Origin: Octopus sinensis
Taxonomy: Eukaryota
Assembly: GCF_006345805.1 (NCBI RefSeq)
Contig: NW_021826814.1
Coordinates: 1-13,105, forward strand
DNA: 13,105 nucleotides
Reading direction: 5' to 3'
Notes under the pieces: model-generated
What the model was told of the DNA's origin: nothing
Seen by the model: only the letters and a program-made list of their open reading frames with translations
Databases searched by the model: none
Program-made: the position numbers and the translations under genes
In this document: piece by piece, positions 9,272 to 13,105 of the stretch
Layout: each line of letters begins with the position of its first letter
Numbering within the stretch: position 1 is the stretch's first letter

Positions 9272-9319
<48 letters not shown>

Positions 9320-9486
9320 CGTACAATGACACGAAATATAAAACTATATACAGACACCACGGCAGCTCTTACTAGTTCCAAGGCTCCGTTAAAGGCAGTT
9401 TATAAATTTTAACACCTGAAAGTTTACAACAAGCCGACAGCAGTTGGGAAGAGCTCCGCAAAATTTGCTGCCGAGATGTATGTATG

Positions 9487-9538
<52 letters not shown>

Positions 9539-10149
9539 GTGTGTGTGTGTGTGTATTGATAGAAATGGTAAGACAACAAAAGAATGAAAGATATATATAA
9601 TATGTATGTATATATATATATATATCTGTGTATGTGTGTGTGTGTGTGGTGTCACCTGTTAGTGTCAGTGTGTGTATGTTGAATATGCGGCGCGTTTATG
9701 TGTGTGTGTGTGTATAGGGAGAGTACGTATATCTTATATGTGTGCGTATGTGTGTGTCTGTGAAGATGAGTTTATATAAATGTGTGTGGAGGAGGGTATG
9801 TATGTATTATGTATATATGTATGTATGCCTGGGTACCTGTGACAAGGTGCTTGTTTTATGTATGAGACGTGTGTGTGTGTGTATATGTATGTGTGTGTGT
9901 GTGTAGTGCTGAGATAGTTTTTATGTGCGCGTATCTATGTACGAGAACCTGTTTGTCGCGTATGGAAGGGTGTGTGAAGTCGCGGCATGTCTAGTAATAA
10001 ATATACAAACTCAGAGAAAGCGTGTGTGCAGGTAATTTTTTTTTTCTGAGAAAAACCTGTGCGCGTGTTTATACAACTACCACGAACATGTGAGGCTTTT
10101 AAAACTCCTGTTGCTGTTAAATCTTCAATTTATTATTATCACTATCATT

Positions 10150-10203
<54 letters not shown>

Positions 10204-10211
10204 TATCAATA

Positions 10212-10300
10212 TTAGCGGTATTTCGCCCGTCGCCACGTTCTGAGTTCAAATTTCACCGTGGTCGACTTTACCTTTCATCCTTTCAGGATCGATAAATAAA
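10212..10300 (-). mobile_element. Family R1 3' fragment
   Basis: Reverse complement TTTATCGATCCTGAAAGGATGAAAGGTAAAGTCGACC..AATTTGAACTCAGAACGT..ATACCGCTAA is homologous to 930-1010. Flanked by (ATT)n at 10130-10205. Confidence 0.75.
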
Positions 10301-10457
10301 GTGCGCGATATGGTTATTTAAAATTCCGCCGAGGTCAACTTTGCCTTTCCCTCCCTTCGGGATCGATAAATAAAGTACCAGTCAAGTACTGGGGGTCGAT
10401 ATGTGATCAACTTACTCCCTACCCCAAAATTTTAGGCCTTGTGCCTACAGTAGAAAG

Positions 10458-10494
<37 letters not shown>
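10301..10494 (-). mobile_element. (AAT)n + family R1 copy; right arm of the inverted repeat
   Basis: Reverse complement nearly identical to 6159-6348, including the junction AATTTTAAATAACCAT.TCGCGCAC. Confidence 0.85.
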
Positions 10495-10660
10495 TTCTTT
10501 GAGTTTGAAGTTGCGAAGTCTCTATTTTTTTATCAAACAAACAATCTTAGTGGTTGTTGTTGTTGTTGGTGTGACTGTTGTTGTTCTTGTTGCTGTTGTT
10601 TATAAAAGAGATAACAATAATGATACAATTGTTTCCTTTGTAAGACATCCAACTGAAGAA

Positions 10661-10692
<32 letters not shown>

Positions 10693-11089
10693 ATATATAT
10701 ATGTGTGGTGTGTGTGTGTGTATTATATATGGATCGCAAGAATCACTCCGTTTTTTCGTAAAAGTATTTCCTTCGTAATGTTTCCCTTCTGAACTCCTTT
10801 AAATCCACTAGATGTTCTTCTTGTTATTGTTGTTGTGGTCGTTGCTTTACTGCTGGTGTAGTTTTGTGTGTGTGTGTGTGGATGTTATGTCTAAGTCCGT
10901 TGTTAAGGGTATTGCAATTTTCAAATATTACTGTTGCGGTTCTTGTTGTTGTTGTTGCTGGTTGTTGTTGTGATGATGGTAGTGGTGGTGGTGGTGGTGG
11001 TGGTAGATGCGCATGGAGTTGATTAATGTTATTGTAGTTTAGCGTTTTGATGTGTGTGCTATAATTTTCTAAACAAGCTGAGTTGACTA

Positions 11090-11485
11090 GACAGAGAGAT
11101 AGATAGATTGACAGACAGATAGATAGATTGACAGACAGATACAAAGATGCAGTCAATCAGATAGACAGGCAGACAAGCAGACAGGCAGGCAGACAGACAG
11201 ACGGGCAGACAGACAGATAGATAGACAGACGGACAGTGAGATAGATAGATAGATAGATAGGTAGATAGATAGATATAGATAGATAGATAGATAGATAGAT
11301 AGAGAGATAGAGAGATTTATAAGATAGATAAGATAGATAGGCAGATAGATAGATAAGATAGATAGACAGACAAACAGCTAGCCAGACAGATAGATACACA
11401 GATATATATATATAGATAGATATACAGACAGAGAGACAGAGAGACAAACAGGTAGATAGATAGATAGACAGACAGACGAGCAGTG

Positions 11486-11550
<65 letters not shown>

Positions 11551-11555
11551 TAGAC
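11090..11555. repeat. (GATA)n/(GACA)n compound array
   Basis: Read directly. Confidence 0.95.
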
Positions 11556-11889
11556 AGACAGACAGTTTGATTGATGTGGCTAGTTACTCTTAAATGATAG
11601 TGGATATGTATGTGAATAGCGATGACTATAGCTATAGTGTTTGTGTTTCTATTGTTAATGTTTGACTGAAAGTTAACGTAATGGTGTGTTTAAATACGTG
11701 TATTTGTGCGTATGTGAATGTTATTAAGTATATATTGTATTTAAATGAATTTAATGGTGGTTAGAAGTGGTAGGGTGACAGCTTTTTACTTAACTATTTC
11801 GTAAACCGACGTGCTTGTTCGAACAAACTGACAACTGCCAGCCTATCTAACAACATTGTTGTGTGGTTCTGCCTTGAGAAAGATAGGCC

Positions 11890-12040
<151 letters not shown>

Positions 12041-12393
12041 GAATGCACACCTCACCGGTGTAAAAAGGTTGTATTGTTTTGATATTGGCTTCTGATCTTT
12101 CTTTGCTGTTGTTGTTGTAGTTGTTGTTGTTGTTGGTGGTGGTGGATGATGATTATGATGATGACGATGATAACTGCTGCGATCTGATTGCTCTTTTTAC
12201 TTCCTTCTTTTACAGAAAATATAATAAAAATTACTGAGAAAAATAGGAAAATAAAATAAAAACAAATCCACAGACTTTGGGCCAGTTAGGAGTTTTTCTT
12301 TTCGATCGATCTATTATCAAAAGATACGACTAAGTTATCTATCGATCTAATATATATATATATAGATAATATATATATATATATATATATATA

Positions 12394-12448
12394 AATGTTT
12401 TTTGTTTACACACCCGTCTTCGTCTTTTGTTTTTTTGTAAATTCTCAC
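12394..12448 (-). mobile_element. Family P 5' fragment embedded in (TA)n
   Basis: Reverse complement GTGAGAATTTACAAAAAAAACAAAAAGACGAAGACGGGTGTGTAAACAAAAAACATT matches 253-310. Confidence 0.65.
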
Positions 12449-12493
12449 TATATAAGCCTAGATATATATATATATAATATATATATATATATA

Positions 12494-12494
<1 letters not shown>

Positions 12495-12537
<43 letters not shown>
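12495..12537. repeat. (GATA)n microsatellite
   Basis: Read directly. Confidence 0.95.
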
Positions 12538-12983
12538 TTTGAGTGCGTGTGTTGTGTTTGGCTGCTTATGGTCGCCTCGTGTGTTTTGATATAAAAGTAT
12601 ATACCGATATGAAAGATATATATCTCTAGAAGGCTGGCTTGTAGTTATTTACTGTTGATGTTGCTGTTGTTTAGAAGCGAGCCAAAAAGTATCAGTGAGA
12701 ATGAGTGGCGGGGGGGGGGTAAGTTTTGGGCAACAGTGGTGGTGGTGGTGGTGGTATTGGCGGGTAATTCTGGTTCCTGTCGTTGTCGATCACCTCCCAC
12801 TCCTCCTCCTGCTCCGGCTTCGCCCGTTGTGTCTGCTTGCCTGACTGTCTGTCTGCCTGGCCAGCTCAGCTAAATATAATATAATACGCTCTATTGTATG
12901 TGTGTAAAACGATTTTTTTTTTTTTACTGTAGTCAGCTCGGCCGTTTCGCGTAAACTGTGTGAGGTTCAGCAACGCAACACGC

Positions 12984-13079
12984 TTCTCTCTCTCTCTCTC
13001 TCCTCTCTCTCCTACCCTCTCTCTTCTCTCTCTCTCTCTCTCTCATATCTCTCTGTTTCTTTTTCTCCCTCTCTCTCTT
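12984..13079. repeat. (CT)n / (GA)n tract
   Basis: About 95 bp, almost purely pyrimidine on the + strand. Confidence 0.95.
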
Positions 13080-13105
13080 GCATACACGCATACTCGTACA
13101 CACAC

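Noticed and set aside
12200-12724. Plus-strand exon between acceptor 12215 and donor GG|GTAAGT at 12719
   Set aside because: It would span (TA)n and (GATA)n tracts and a repeat fragment. There is no independent support, and splice-like motifs are frequent in AT-rich DNA.

Overview
Eukaryotic, microsatellite-saturated genomic DNA. It most likely comes from an octopus (coleoid cephalopod); this is inferred from repeat families I recognise from memory and was not database-checked. The only convincing gene content is one minus-strand coding exon (about 6893 to 6586). It encodes a hydrophobic signal-peptide-like segment and an LRR N-terminal cap (CPTSCSCIGTTVDCSFRNLQYVPSDIPKDTKRL), and it ends in a perfect phase-2 GTAAGT donor. 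This best fits the first coding exon of a slit gene. Bases 1-6585 would then be the following intron, and no second LRR exon is visible in the window. Bases 7400-13105 are the 5'UTR/promoter side. The rest is SINE/retroelement fragments and simple repeats; nearly all long ORFs in the track are microsatellite artefacts. Three observations deserve the closest look. (1) A ~92% identical inverted repeat pair (6193-6348 and 10301-10460) brackets the exon. (2) About 160 codons of in-frame, triplet-repeat-built ORF with upstream ATGs precede the signal peptide. (3) A ~1.4 kb tandem duplication has 9-bp microhomology at its junctions and may be real or a long-read assembly artefact. All alignments were done by eye. 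I do not see evidence for a wholly new biological system; the findings are testable hypotheses.
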